A stretch of DNA of 64,000 nt from an uncultured Oscillospiraceae bacterium (GTDB lineage Bacteria; Bacillota; Clostridia; Oscillospirales; Acutalibacteraceae), in the NCBI GenBank assembly GCA_900540305.1, contig UQFL01000001.1, positions 45,144 through 109,143 on the forward strand. The letters run 5' to 3'. The position numbers and the translations under genes are program-made. Below are positions 18,030 through 29,149 of this stretch, piece by piece. Positions within the stretch are counted from its first letter, which is position 1. Each line of letters opens with the position of its first letter. The notes beneath the pieces were generated by a model. It worked only from the letters and a program-made list of their open reading frames with translations. It searched no databases and was not told where the DNA came from.

Positions 18030-19463
18030 ATGATACACGGTAAGCGTTTAAAGTTAACAGCACTTGTTTTGGCGGTTATTATTGCCGTAACACCTGTTGC
18101 TTCAGGCGGTGTTTTCGCATCGGGGGCGGAAACTAAGCCTACAAATACAACTGAGACTACTACTCAGAGTGAAGAAGAAAAAAGGCTTGAAGCTCAGAAA
18201 AAGCTTGAGGAAACTATGGAGATGCTCAATGCAGACCTTAAAGCTTCCGAAGAAAAGCTTTTACAGCTCGGAGAGCAGTCAAAAAACACTCAGGAATATA
18301 TTGATATTCTTGACCAAAAAATAGGAATTTTAAACGAACAGCTTACCTTGCTTGATACTCAGATAACAGATTATGAAGAGGATATAAAAGTTCTTCAGGA
18401 AAGTATTGATACAAATCAGCAGGAGGCGGATAAGCTTCAGGGTGAAGTTGATAAGGTCCAGACAGTTCTTGATGATTTGAATAAGAGATTTATGGCAAAA
18501 TATGAGGCTTACTGCCTTCGTATGAGAGCCATTTACATATCGGGTAATTTTAATATTCTTACCGCTCTTTTAACTTGTTCGGATATTTCAAGTTTCCTTA
18601 CAAGATACGAAATGGTAAAGGCAGTTTCAAAGAGCGATACTGAGTTGCTTCAGGAAATTCAAGCGCAAACAGATGAAATTTTACAGCAGGAAGAGGATTT
18701 GAATGCAAAGAAATCCTCGCTTGACAATGTTAAAATGACTCTTATGTCTCAGCAGACTGAACTGCAGCATAAGCAGGATTCGTTAACTGCCGCACAGGAA
18801 GATATGGCGGCGAAAAAGATAACTCTCGCTCAGGATAAGGCAGAAAGCGACCAGCTTTTTGCACAGCTTACAGCCGAAACAGGTATGTATACTGAATTCA
18901 GAAATGAGGATAAGGAACTTACAGAGCTTGCTGAACAGCAGATTCAAGACCTTATTAACGGCGTTATTTCTCCCGATGAGGTATCGGAAATAACAACGAG
19001 CGACAGAGATGAAAAGCCTACGGTTATTTATAATGAAACAGATGTATATAATAAATCCGACGGCGTTTATAATATGACATATCCCGTGCCGGGTCATTAT
19101 ACAATTTCGGCAGGCTTCCCGAATTACAGTAACGGCTCATATCACGGCGGAATAGATTTCCCGTGTCCCACGGGCTCAAAGGTAGTTGCGGCACAAAGGG
19201 GCGTTGTTGCAGGCGTTCAAAAGCTCAATTACAGTTACGGCTATTATGTTCTTATTTACCACGGCACAGATGCTGACGGTAAGCAGGTGTTCACGCTTTA
19301 TGCGCACAATTCAGAAATACTTGTTTCTCCCGGAGATTCGGTATATAAGGGTCAGCAGATAGCAAAATCAGGCTCAACGGGCAATTCAACAGGTCCTCAC
19401 TGCCATTTTGAAATCAGAGTGGGAAATACAAAAATCAACCCCACAAACTATCTCAGCAAATGA
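18030..19463 (+). CDS. Secreted coiled-coil M23 metalloendopeptidase, paralogue 3
   Basis: It has a signal peptide, a coiled coil with RMRAIYISG...LTRYEMVK, and an M23 domain (HGGID ... GPHCHFE). Confidence 0.85.
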   Translation: MIHGKRLKLTALVLAVIIAVTPVASGGVFASGAETKPTNTTETTTQSEEEKRLEAQKKLEETMEMLNADLKASEEKLLQLGEQSKNTQEYIDILDQKIGILNEQLTLLDTQITDYEEDIKVLQESIDTNQQEADKLQGEVDKVQTVLDDLNKRFMAKYEAYCLRMRAIYISGNFNILTALLTCSDISSFLTRYEMVKAVSKSDTELLQEIQAQTDEILQQEEDLNAKKSSLDNVKMTLMSQQTELQHKQDSLTAAQEDMAAKKITLAQDKAESDQLFAQLTAETGMYTEFRNEDKELTELAEQQIQDLINGVISPDEVSEITTSDRDEKPTVIYNETDVYNKSDGVYNMTYPVPGHYTISAGFPNYSNGSYHGGIDFPCPTGSKVVAAQRGVVAGVQKLNYSYGYYVLIYHGTDADGKQVFTLYAHNSEILVSPGDSVYKGQQIAKSGSTGNSTGPHCHFEIRVGNTKINPTNYLSK

Positions 19464-19493
19464 TGTTTTAAAACAGTTAAAAGCGAAATTAAA

Positions 19494-20141
19494 ATGAACA
19501 AAATAAATTACAGCAAAAAAACAGAATCAATTATTGAGATTAATAAGAGAGAGCATATTTTGCCCTCTCTTTTAATTCATGCGTGTTGTGCTCCGTGTTC
19601 AAGCGCCTGCCTTGAATATCTCAATAAATATTTTGATATAACGGTGTTTTACTATAACCCAAATATCTCTCCTGAAAGTGAGTTTGAAAAACGACTTTCG
19701 GAGGAAAAAAGACTTTTGGCTGAAATGCCGTTTGAAAACAAAGTTTCAATCATTGACGGCGAATATGATTACAATGAATTTCTCGAAATGTCAAAGGGTC
19801 TTGAAGATGTGCCTGAGGGAGGCGAGCGTTGCTTTAAATGTTATCGCCTCAGACTTGAAAAAACGGCACAGCTTGCAAAGGAAAGGGGCTTTGATTATTT
19901 CTGCACCACTCTTTCTATAAGTCCGCTTAAAAACTCTCAGAAAATTAATGAGATAGGTTATGAGATTGAAGAGAAATACGGCGTAAAATGGCTTCCGTCC
20001 GATTTCAAGAAGAAAGAGGGCTATAAACGCTCAATAGAGCTTTCGGCTGAATATAATTTATACCGCCAGAATTTCTGTGGCTGTGAATTTTCAAAAAAAG
20101 AGGCTCAGCGCCGAGAAAGGCAGGGTGAAGCAAATGAATAA
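19494..20141 (+). CDS. queH: Epoxyqueuosine reductase QueH (DUF208 family)
   Basis: The HACCAPCSS motif and the downstream Cys pattern (CFKCY ... FCGCEF) are characteristic of QueH. Length is 215 aa. Confidence 0.7.
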   Translation: MNKINYSKKTESIIEINKREHILPSLLIHACCAPCSSACLEYLNKYFDITVFYYNPNISPESEFEKRLSEEKRLLAEMPFENKVSIIDGEYDYNEFLEMSKGLEDVPEGGERCFKCYRLRLEKTAQLAKERGFDYFCTTLSISPLKNSQKINEIGYEIEEKYGVKWLPSDFKKKEGYKRSIELSAEYNLYRQNFCGCEFSKKEAQRRERQGEANE

Positions 20142-21396
20142 TCCGCTTGCGTCAAGAATAAGACCCACAGAGTTATCTCAGGTTGTCGGCCAGCGTCATT
20201 TGCTTGAGCCTGGAAAACCTCTTTACAATATGATTGAAAGCGGCAATATTCCGAATTTGATTTTTTACGGCCCGTCAGGTACGGGTAAAACAACGGTAGC
20301 TTCAATCATAGCTAATAAAACAAACCGCACTTTGCGCAGGCTTAACGGCACAAATGCTTCAACGCAGGATATAAAGAATATTGTTGCAGAGCTTGATACT
20401 TTTGAAACTCCAAACGGAGTATTGCTCTACCTTGACGAAATTCAGTATTTTAATAAAAGGCAGCAGCAAAGCCTGCTTGAATACATAGAAAACGGAAAAA
20501 TAACCCTCATTGCCTCCACTACGGAAAATCCGTATTTTTATATCTATCCAGCCGTGCTTTCACGCTCAACGGTTTTTGAGTTTAAAAGCGTTGAGTGGCA
20601 GGATATGATTCCTGCAATAAGCAGGGGGCTTGATTTTCTCGCTGATGAATACTCGCTCAAAGCCTCTGCTCAGGACGGCGTTTTTGAGAAAATCGCAAGG
20701 GGATGCGGAGGAGATGTCCGTAAGGCGCTAAACAGCATTGAAAACTGTTTCTTCGCTTCAAAAACGGAAAACGGCGAAAAGATTATAACGCTTGAAACTG
20801 CCGCCGAACTCACACAGAAAAGCGCAGTCAAATATGACCGTGAGGGCGATGAGCATTACGATATTATTTCGGCGTATCAAAAAAGTATGAGAGGTTCAGA
20901 CCCCGATGCGGCGCTTCATTATCTTTCAAGACTGCTTGAAGCAGGCGATTTGCCCTCTGCGTGCAGAAGGCTTCTTGTGTGCGCCTGCGAAGATGTGGGT
21001 CTTGCCTACCCTCAGATTATTCCCATCGTTAAGGCGGCGGTGGATTCTGCTCTTATGCTCGGTATGCCCGAGGCTAGAATACCGCTTGCAGATGCAGTTG
21101 TGCTTGTTGCAATGTCGCCTAAAAGCAACGCCGCTTATATGGCTGTAAATCAGGCGATGAGCGATGTAAAAAACGGCAATTACGGCCCTATACCGAGAAC
21201 ACTTCAAAACAAGCATTTTGACGGGGAGGACGCAGTCGTTAAAGGGCAGTTTTATCAGTATCCTCACGATTTTGAGCATCATTGGGTAAAACAGCAGTAT
21301 CTGCCCGACATAATCAAAAATAAGAAATATTACACGCCGGGCGACAATAAAAACGAGCAGTCGTTTAAGGCGTACTGGGACAAATACAAAAAATAA
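20134..21396 (+). CDS. rarA: Replication-associated recombination protein A (AAA+ ATPase RarA/MgsA)
   Basis: MNNPLASRIRPTELSQVVGQ.HLL ... Walker A GPSGTGKTT and a MgsA C-terminal domain. The start is set at the ATG at 20134, which overlaps queH by 8 nt. The ORF-track start at 20077 lies inside queH. Confidence 0.9.
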   Translation: MNNPLASRIRPTELSQVVGQRHLLEPGKPLYNMIESGNIPNLIFYGPSGTGKTTVASIIANKTNRTLRRLNGTNASTQDIKNIVAELDTFETPNGVLLYLDEIQYFNKRQQQSLLEYIENGKITLIASTTENPYFYIYPAVLSRSTVFEFKSVEWQDMIPAISRGLDFLADEYSLKASAQDGVFEKIARGCGGDVRKALNSIENCFFASKTENGEKIITLETAAELTQKSAVKYDREGDEHYDIISAYQKSMRGSDPDAALHYLSRLLEAGDLPSACRRLLVCACEDVGLAYPQIIPIVKAAVDSALMLGMPEARIPLADAVVLVAMSPKSNAAYMAVNQAMSDVKNGNYGPIPRTLQNKHFDGEDAVVKGQFYQYPHDFEHHWVKQQYLPDIIKNKKYYTPGDNKNEQSFKAYWDKYKK

Positions 21397-21416
21397 GCAG
21401 AAAAGGGGAGCTCTGT

Positions 21417-22052
21417 ATGACTAAAAAAGAAAGAGCGCTCAAAGCTGTGGAGATATTAAAGGAGCTTTATCCCGAGGCGATTTGTTCGCTCAATTACAGC
21501 AATCCGTTTGAGCTTCTTGTGGCTGTGCGCCTTTCAGCGCAGTGCACTGACGCAAGGGTAAACCTTGTAACTCCCGCTCTTTTTGAAAAATATAAAACAC
21601 CTGCGGATTTTGCAGCTGCAAATGTAGAGGATATTGAAAAGCTCATATATTCCTGCGGGTTTTATAAAAGCAAGGCGCAGTCCATTGTTGAAATGGCGCA
21701 GAAAATAATAACCGAATTCAATAATGAAGTGCCTGATACTATTGAAAAACTTATAACCCTGCCGGGTGTCGGCAGAAAAACGGCAAACTTAATTGTTGGC
21801 GATGTATACGGCAAAGAAGCAATTGTTGTTGATACACATTGCATAAGAATTTCTAACCGCTTAGGTCTTGTTGCAGAAAAAGACCCGAAAAAGATTGAGT
21901 TTGCTCTTAAAAAGATAATTCCGCCCGAGGAGGGCTCGGATTTTTGCCACAGAATCGTTCTTTTCGGGCGTGATGTGTGCACGGCAAGAAAGCCGAAATG
22001 CTCTGAATGTAAATTGAGCGAAATATGCAAAAAAACAGGAGTTGCTAAATGA
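21417..22052 (+). CDS. nth: Endonuclease III (DNA glycosylase/AP lyase)
   Basis: An HhH-GPD motif (LPGVGRKTANLI) and the C-terminal 4Fe-4S cluster motif C-x6-C-x2-C-x5-C (CTARKPKCSECKLSEIC) are present. Confidence 0.9.
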   Translation: MTKKERALKAVEILKELYPEAICSLNYSNPFELLVAVRLSAQCTDARVNLVTPALFEKYKTPADFAAANVEDIEKLIYSCGFYKSKAQSIVEMAQKIITEFNNEVPDTIEKLITLPGVGRKTANLIVGDVYGKEAIVVDTHCIRISNRLGLVAEKDPKKIEFALKKIIPPEEGSDFCHRIVLFGRDVCTARKPKCSECKLSEICKKTGVAK

Positions 22053-22579
22053 AAACGGCAAAAATAAGCGAAGAAAACATAATTTTAATAGGAATGCCGG
22101 GCTCAGGCAAGTCAACCTGCGGCGTGCTTGCGGCAAAACTTCTTTTGAAAAATTTTTTTGATACAGATCTGCTCATTCAAAGTCTTGAAAACAAAAGACT
22201 TCAGCAGATAATAGACGAGAGAGGAACGGCTGAGTTCAAAAAGGCTGAGGAAGCGGCCATACTTTCCCTCAACATCAAGGGCACCGTTATTGCAACCGGC
22301 GGCAGTGTGGTTTACAGCCAAAAAGCTATGGAACACCTTAAAAAAATGGGTGTTGTCATCTATCTGCATTTAAGCTATGAGGAAATGAAAAGCCGAATAA
22401 AAAATCTCAGCACAAGGGGAATTGCCCTTGAAAAAGGTGAAACACTTATTGATATGTATAATGAGCGTTTGCCCCTTTATGAGAAATATGCTGACGCCGT
22501 TATAGAGTGCGACAAAAGCACTGTAGACAGCACAGTTGAAAAAATAGTTGAGGCTGTTCAAAAAATAACACTTGAATAA
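22049..22579 (+). CDS. aroK: Shikimate kinase
   Basis: Overlaps nth as ATGA. P-loop GMPGSGKST is present. Length is 176 aa. Confidence 0.8.
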   Translation: MKTAKISEENIILIGMPGSGKSTCGVLAAKLLLKNFFDTDLLIQSLENKRLQQIIDERGTAEFKKAEEAAILSLNIKGTVIATGGSVVYSQKAMEHLKKMGVVIYLHLSYEEMKSRIKNLSTRGIALEKGETLIDMYNERLPLYEKYADAVIECDKSTVDSTVEKIVEAVQKITLE

Positions 22580-22608
22580 ATGTGTTAAACTGTGATATTA
22601 TAATTTAA

Positions 22609-24120
<1,512 letters not shown>

Positions 24121-24135
24121 TTTTTTCGAAGAAAG

Positions 24136-24171
24136 AGGCGTTAAACGGTTTCGTTTAATGCCTTTTTTTGA
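24136..24171 (+). terminator. Rho-independent terminator after guaB
   Basis: Stem aggcgttaaacg / gtttaatgcct is followed by TTTTTTTG. Confidence 0.75.
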
Positions 24172-24185
24172 ATTGAGGTTTTTAG

Positions 24186-25022
24186 ATGGCAGAAAAAGTT
24201 TCTCGATGGAAAAAGTTCAAGAGATTTTTAAAAAGAAATATGACTCCCACATGGGCACGGCATTTTGCGTATCAGGCTATTTCTTTTATTATTTCGGTTG
24301 CTATTGTTATTTCTGTTGCAACATATGCCGTTACTAAAAACTATGAGGAAAGGACGCTGAAATTTGTGGATGGTTTCACGATTACTGCACATACAGGCGC
24401 TTTCGGTACGGAGGAAAACTCCATTGAATCTGTAATAGCGGCAGTTAACAACAATGTTGAAATTCTTGAAATTGATGTGCGCCAGAGACCTGACGGCACT
24501 CTTGTTATGAATCACGATATTGTTGTTACAAATAACGAGGGTGTTCTCCTTTCAGAGGCGTTTGATATTATTAAAGAAGACGATTGCCTGATTAATCTTG
24601 ATATTAAAGACACAAGCACACTCAATGCGCTTCACGATATGCTTATCGAATTTAATCTTATGGGCAGGGCGTTTCTTACGGGAATTGACCAATTAAATAT
24701 AAAAGCGCTCAAGGCGTCTTCGTGCAGGGATATGGAATATTATCTAAACTGTCAGCCGTCCAGAATTAAAATATTCAGCGCAGATTATCAGCAAAAGATT
24801 ATCGATTTGCTTGAGGAGACGGGGGCTGTAGGCGTAAACTGCAATTATAAATACGCAAGTTCAACGCTTTCCACCGTTTTGCACGAAAACGGATATAAGC
24901 TTTCGGTGTGGACGGTTAATTCAACATTTACAATGAAAAGGGCGCTTACGCTGTCTCCCGACAATATTACTACGAAAGAATATGACCGCCTTATTTCGGT
25001 TATAGATAACTGGGGTGAATAA
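24186..25022 (+). CDS. Membrane-anchored glycerophosphodiester phosphodiesterase (GDPD)-family protein
   Basis: An N-terminal TM helix is followed by GDPD-like motifs (ITAHTG..., E.D..., NHD). It is a divergent member of the family. Confidence 0.6.
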   Translation: MAEKVSRWKKFKRFLKRNMTPTWARHFAYQAISFIISVAIVISVATYAVTKNYEERTLKFVDGFTITAHTGAFGTEENSIESVIAAVNNNVEILEIDVRQRPDGTLVMNHDIVVTNNEGVLLSEAFDIIKEDDCLINLDIKDTSTLNALHDMLIEFNLMGRAFLTGIDQLNIKALKASSCRDMEYYLNCQPSRIKIFSADYQQKIIDLLEETGAVGVNCNYKYASSTLSTVLHENGYKLSVWTVNSTFTMKRALTLSPDNITTKEYDRLISVIDNWGE

Positions 25023-25027
25023 GTTTT

Positions 25028-25840
25028 ATGACAAATGAAGAATATCTCAAAGCGATAGATGTTCGCTGTTCTCGCAGAACATTTAAAAATTCATTTCTCG
25101 ATGACGATACAAAACAGGTTATCAGGGATATGATTGATTATGTAAATAAAAAAGCAAATTTAAATTTTGTGTTTTTTGACGATGCCCGTTTTGCTTTTAA
25201 TATTCATTCCGGAATGACGAGTATGATTGCCGTTTGCGGACCCGATACAATACCCGCAAGAGAGGCGTGCGGATATTACGGCGAAACAATCGTTTTGCAG
25301 TGCGCATATCACTCAATAGGCACCTGCTGGGTTGGCACATTTAATGAAAACAAGGTGCTTGAAAAACTTGATTTGCCTAAAGGAATTAGGCTTTATTGCG
25401 TAATAGCGCTAGGTAAAGTAGGGCAGAGCAAAAGCTTTAAAGAGAAAATGATGTATAAAGCAACTCATAAAAACTGCAAACCCTATCAGAAGATGTTTGA
25501 GGTGTGTGACGAAAAACTGCCCGATGAAATTGTTTTTGCAATGAAGCAGGTTGAAAAAGCGCCAAGCGCAGTAAACAGACGACCTGTCAAATTCAAATAC
25601 GAAAACGGCGTTATGTCCGCCTATGTTGATGAGCCGTATTCAGACAAAAGCATTGATTTCGGAATTGCACAGCTTCACTATCAGCTCGGAATGTCCGCTC
25701 AGGGCGTTAAGGGCGAATGGGCAAACGGAAAGTTCGTTGTAGATACGGAAAGAAGAATAGAATTTCCTAATAAACAAAATACCGATGAAACTCGGCAAGA
25801 GAAATATTGTGAAATAAATGAGGAGAATGAAGATGAATGA
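25028..25840 (+). CDS. Nitroreductase-family protein
   Basis: An N-terminal RCSRRTFK motif and overall nitroreductase-like length and organisation. The precise subfamily is unknown. Confidence 0.55.
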   Translation: MTNEEYLKAIDVRCSRRTFKNSFLDDDTKQVIRDMIDYVNKKANLNFVFFDDARFAFNIHSGMTSMIAVCGPDTIPAREACGYYGETIVLQCAYHSIGTCWVGTFNENKVLEKLDLPKGIRLYCVIALGKVGQSKSFKEKMMYKATHKNCKPYQKMFEVCDEKLPDEIVFAMKQVEKAPSAVNRRPVKFKYENGVMSAYVDEPYSDKSIDFGIAQLHYQLGMSAQGVKGEWANGKFVVDTERRIEFPNKQNTDETRQEKYCEINEENEDE

Positions 25841-26699
25841 TAATTCTGCTAAAAAGAAAATGAGCAAGAAAAAGAAGATAATAATTATTGTTGCTTCAGT
25901 AATCGCCGCGCTCCTTGTAATCGTAGTTTGCGCAGGCGTTGCCGCTCTTAATTGGTATTGCAAAACCCCCGAATATACCGTTTATCAGACTGATGCAGAT
26001 GTGGAGCTTGTAGCCCACAGAGGTTTCAGAGCAGTTGCTCCCGAAAATACCGTTCCTGCTTTTGAGGAGGCAGGCGAAGCAGGCTTTTACGGTGCAGAAT
26101 GTGACCTTTACAGAACATCCGACGGTGTGTGGGTTGTTCATCACGATTTCAACACTTACAGAATGACGGACGGCATGAGCACAATAGAGAATAAGACATA
26201 TTCAGAGCTTATGAATGAAACTGTTGACAATGGTTCTAATGTGGCTGATTATCCGAATCTTAAAATGTGCACATTAGAAGAATATCTCGATATTTGCAGC
26301 GAATATTCAATGGTGCCCGTAATTGAGCTTAAAAGTGCAAACAATACAGAAAATTATGGCGAAATCATTGAAATACTCGGCGAATACAGCGATTTAAACC
26401 CTGTATTCATTTCTTTCCACCTTGAGAATTTAAAGGCAATGAGAGCCGTTACAGACGCTCCCTGCTGGTATCTCGTTCAGAAAATTACTGAGGAGGAAAT
26501 AGAAAACGCTCTTTCAATAGGCGGAGACTGCGGTATAGACTTCAATTATGCAAAAGAAGAAAATACTGATGAAATGATTATGAAGTGCGTAAACACGGGA
26601 ATGTCAGTGGGCGCTTGGACTGTAAATGAGCCTGAAGCTGTAACACGCCTTTCAAATCTCGGGGTAAATTATATAACCACCGACTGCATTACATATTGA
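25833..26699 (+). CDS. Membrane-anchored glycerophosphodiester phosphodiesterase
   Basis: A TM helix is followed by the canonical GDPD motifs HRG (VAHRGF), ENT and ECD.YRTSDGVWVVHHD. The start is set at the ATG at 25833, 8 nt after the AGGAG RBS. Confidence 0.8.
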   Translation: MNDNSAKKKMSKKKKIIIIVASVIAALLVIVVCAGVAALNWYCKTPEYTVYQTDADVELVAHRGFRAVAPENTVPAFEEAGEAGFYGAECDLYRTSDGVWVVHHDFNTYRMTDGMSTIENKTYSELMNETVDNGSNVADYPNLKMCTLEEYLDICSEYSMVPVIELKSANNTENYGEIIEILGEYSDLNPVFISFHLENLKAMRAVTDAPCWYLVQKITEEEIENALSIGGDCGIDFNYAKEENTDEMIMKCVNTGMSVGAWTVNEPEAVTRLSNLGVNYITTDCITY

Positions 26700-26710
26700 T
26701 TGAAATAAGA

Positions 26711-26750
26711 CAAAAAAGGCTGAACGCATTTGCGTTCAGCCTTTTTATAT
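26711..26750. terminator. Bidirectional rho-independent terminator between the GDPD gene (+) and the L,D-transpeptidase gene (-)
   Basis: A 14-bp stem aaaggctgaacgca / tgcgttcagccttt is flanked by an A-run upstream and a T-run downstream. Confidence 0.85.
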
Positions 26751-26758
26751 ATTGAGTT

Positions 26759-27742
26759 TTAATTATTCCACGGATTGTTTTTATCGGGGTCTGTGGGGTC
26801 CCAACCTCTTCGTGAGTCATCCGTGTCAATTCTTATCGGTGTGGGTTTATCAAGTGGTTCTTTCTCATCGCTGTCATAAATTATAACTGTTGTGCCAGAC
26901 GGACAGTTGTCCTTTATCCATTTTGAATCTTCAGCGCTGAGCCTTACACAGCCAAGTGAAGCCGCCTCGCCCAGCTTGTTGTATTCGTCATATTCAAGGT
27001 CTGATTTGTCCTGTGTATAATACGGTACGGAATGAAACAGTATGTGCGCCGTTATTCTTGTGGCGTACTGCCCGTAAACATTGCCCTCAAGAAGCCGCCA
27101 GTTATATCTGTCGCTGGTGTAAAAGATACCTCTCGGTGTGTTGTTGCCCGTGCCTACCGAGCAAACCATCGCTTTTTTTGCAACGGTGTACTTACCGTTT
27201 GAATCTTTTTCATAAACTATAACAATGTTTTGAGTTCTGTTTACCTTTATGAGATAGGGTGATGAATATTTTATTTTAGGCGTTTTGTCTGTCAGCTGAG
27301 ACGCTTTCACATAACCTGTAGTGGACTTGTAAACAACCTCTACCCAACTGCCTTTTTGTGAAACAACAGGAAGATATGTGTTTCTGCCAACCTTGCCGAG
27401 ACTTTTGGAATCGGAACTTGCCGATTTTCTGATTGTAGTCCATTCATCCGTTGTATACAGCACATCTTCGCTGTCAAACTCAGCGCTTTCGGTGGTTGTC
27501 TGTGTTGTCGGTGCAGTTGTTTGCGTGGTCTGTGTGGTTTGCGTCGTCTGAGTGGTTTGAGTTGTCTGTGTGGTTTGTGAAGTCTGTGTTTGTGATGTGC
27601 TTATGTCTGAAACATTTTGCTGTGAATGGGTGCTGGCTTTTTCAAAGGCAAACACGCATATTAAAACGCAAATAACAACTGCAGCACATACTGACACAGC
27701 TATCTTAATTTTCTTTTGTTTGTCTTTATTCGGTTCGTCCAT
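26759..27742 (-). CDS. L,D-transpeptidase (YkuD/ErfK family) with an N-terminal TM anchor, a TTQ-repeat linker and an SH3-like domain
   Basis: The C-terminal catalytic domain has a His (HSVPYY) and the Cys motif SLGCVRL. The low-complexity linker is SQTQTSQTTQTTQTTQTTQTTQTTQTTAPTTQTTT, encoded by a DNA-level tandem repeat at about 27480-27580. Confidence 0.85.
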   Translation of the reverse strand: MDEPNKDKQKKIKIAVSVCAAVVICVLICVFAFEKASTHSQQNVSDISTSQTQTSQTTQTTQTTQTTQTTQTTQTTAPTTQTTTESAEFDSEDVLYTTDEWTTIRKSASSDSKSLGKVGRNTYLPVVSQKGSWVEVVYKSTTGYVKASQLTDKTPKIKYSSPYLIKVNRTQNIVIVYEKDSNGKYTVAKKAMVCSVGTGNNTPRGIFYTSDRYNWRLLEGNVYGQYATRITAHILFHSVPYYTQDKSDLEYDEYNKLGEAASLGCVRLSAEDSKWIKDNCPSGTTVIIYDSDEKEPLDKPTPIRIDTDDSRRGWDPTDPDKNNPWNN

Positions 27743-27775
27743 ATTCAGTTCCTCTTTTTATACCGTTTGCTCAAA

Positions 27776-29149
27776 TCATATTCCAAGCATAACAGATGCA
27801 AATGCAATATAAATAAGCAGTGATACAGCGTCAACGATAGTTGTTATAAACGGGCTTGCCATAACCGCAGGGTCAAATCCGCACTTCTTTGCAAGAATGG
27901 GAAGCGTACAGCCTATGATTTTGGCGAAAATTATTTCAATTAATATTGTAAAGCATATTACAAGCGCAACAATAATGGTTATTTCGGAGTTTCCGAGAAT
28001 GAATCTGTCAAACAGCATCAGTTTTACAAAGCATACAACTCCGAGAGTTACGCCGCAGACAACGCCTACTCGTATCTCTTTCCATATAATCTTAAATATA
28101 TCTTTAAGTGATATTTCGCCAAGTGACAGCGCACGGATAATTGTAACGCTTGACTGACCGCCCGAATTACCGCCCGTGTCCATAAGCATTGGGATAAAAG
28201 CAATAAGAACGGTAACTGAAGCAAGTTTGCTTTCAAATGTAGTCAAAATCTGGCTCGTTATGGTAGCTGATACCATTAACAGCAAAAGCCACGGAATTCT
28301 TTTCTTGAATGTTTCAAAAACACCTGTTTTAAGATAAGGCGTGTCCGTGGGCACGATAGCCGCCATTTTCTGAATGTCTTCGGTGTTTTCTTCCTGAAGT
28401 ACATCCATAGCGTCATCGACTGTGATGATACCTACAAGGCGGTTTTCCATATCTACTACTGGGAGTGCAAGAAAGTCATACTTTGAAAGCAGAGTGGACG
28501 CTTTTTCCTGGTCGTCAAGAGTGTTTACGGAGATGACATTTTTCTCCATAAGTTCCTCAATTTCGTCCTCGTAATCGTGAAGCAAAAGCTCTTTTACAGT
28601 TGTAACGCCTAACAGATGCCTTGATTCATCTGTAACATAGCAGGTGTAAATTGTCTCTTTGTCCACACCTGTTCTTCTTATTCTCTTGAAAGCGTCTTCA
28701 ACCGTCATATCCCTTTTAAGGTCAACGAATTCGGGCGTCATAATGGAGCCTGCCGAATCCTCAGGATATTTGAGAATTGAGTTTATCGCTTCTCTTGTTT
28801 CGGGGTCTGTGTTTTTAAGAATTCGCTTTACAACAGAAGCGGGCATTTCTTCAATAATGTCAGCCGCATCGTCAACATAAAGCTCGTCCAATACCTCTTT
28901 AAGCTCTGTATCGGAAAAAGAACTGATTAAGTTTTCCTGAGTGTCGCCGTCAAATTCAACGAATGTTTCGGCGGCGTTTTCTTTTGTCAGCATTCTGAAA
29001 AGAAAGACTCGCGTTCGCTCGTCGTTTATCTGTTCCAACAGCTGTGCAATATCGGCGGGGTTAATATCGTTCAGAAAACTTTTAAGTTCTCTTATATTGC
29101 GCTGTGTGTGGAGCATTTCAATGTGTTCAAGCATTTCTTCCATTTCCAT
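27776..29149 (-). CDS. mgtE: Magnesium transporter MgtE
   Basis: An MgtE N-domain, tandem CBS domains and a C-terminal 5-TM MgtE channel domain. Length is 457 aa. Confidence 0.9.
   Translation of the reverse strand: MEMEEMLEHIEMLHTQRNIRELKSFLNDINPADIAQLLEQINDERTRVFLFRMLTKENAAETFVEFDGDTQENLISSFSDTELKEVLDELYVDDAADIIEEMPASVVKRILKNTDPETREAINSILKYPEDSAGSIMTPEFVDLKRDMTVEDAFKRIRRTGVDKETIYTCYVTDESRHLLGVTTVKELLLHDYEDEIEELMEKNVISVNTLDDQEKASTLLSKYDFLALPVVDMENRLVGIITVDDAMDVLQEENTEDIQKMAAIVPTDTPYLKTGVFETFKKRIPWLLLLMVSATITSQILTTFESKLASVTVLIAFIPMLMDTGGNSGGQSSVTIIRALSLGEISLKDIFKIIWKEIRVGVVCGVTLGVVCFVKLMLFDRFILGNSEITIIVALVICFTILIEIIFAKIIGCTLPILAKKCGFDPAVMASPFITTIVDAVSLLIYIAFASVMLGI

Noticed and set aside
20077-20141. 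rarA start at 20077, overlapping queH by 65 nt
   Set aside because: The conserved RarA N-terminus begins at MNNPLASRIRP (ATG 20134). The longer start would lie deep inside queH and has no RBS.
27470-27600. Short tandem DNA repeats as a possible CRISPR or minisatellite
   Set aside because: They lie inside a continuous ORF and encode the (TTQ)n linker of the L,D-transpeptidase. There are no spacer-like unique segments and no cas genes.
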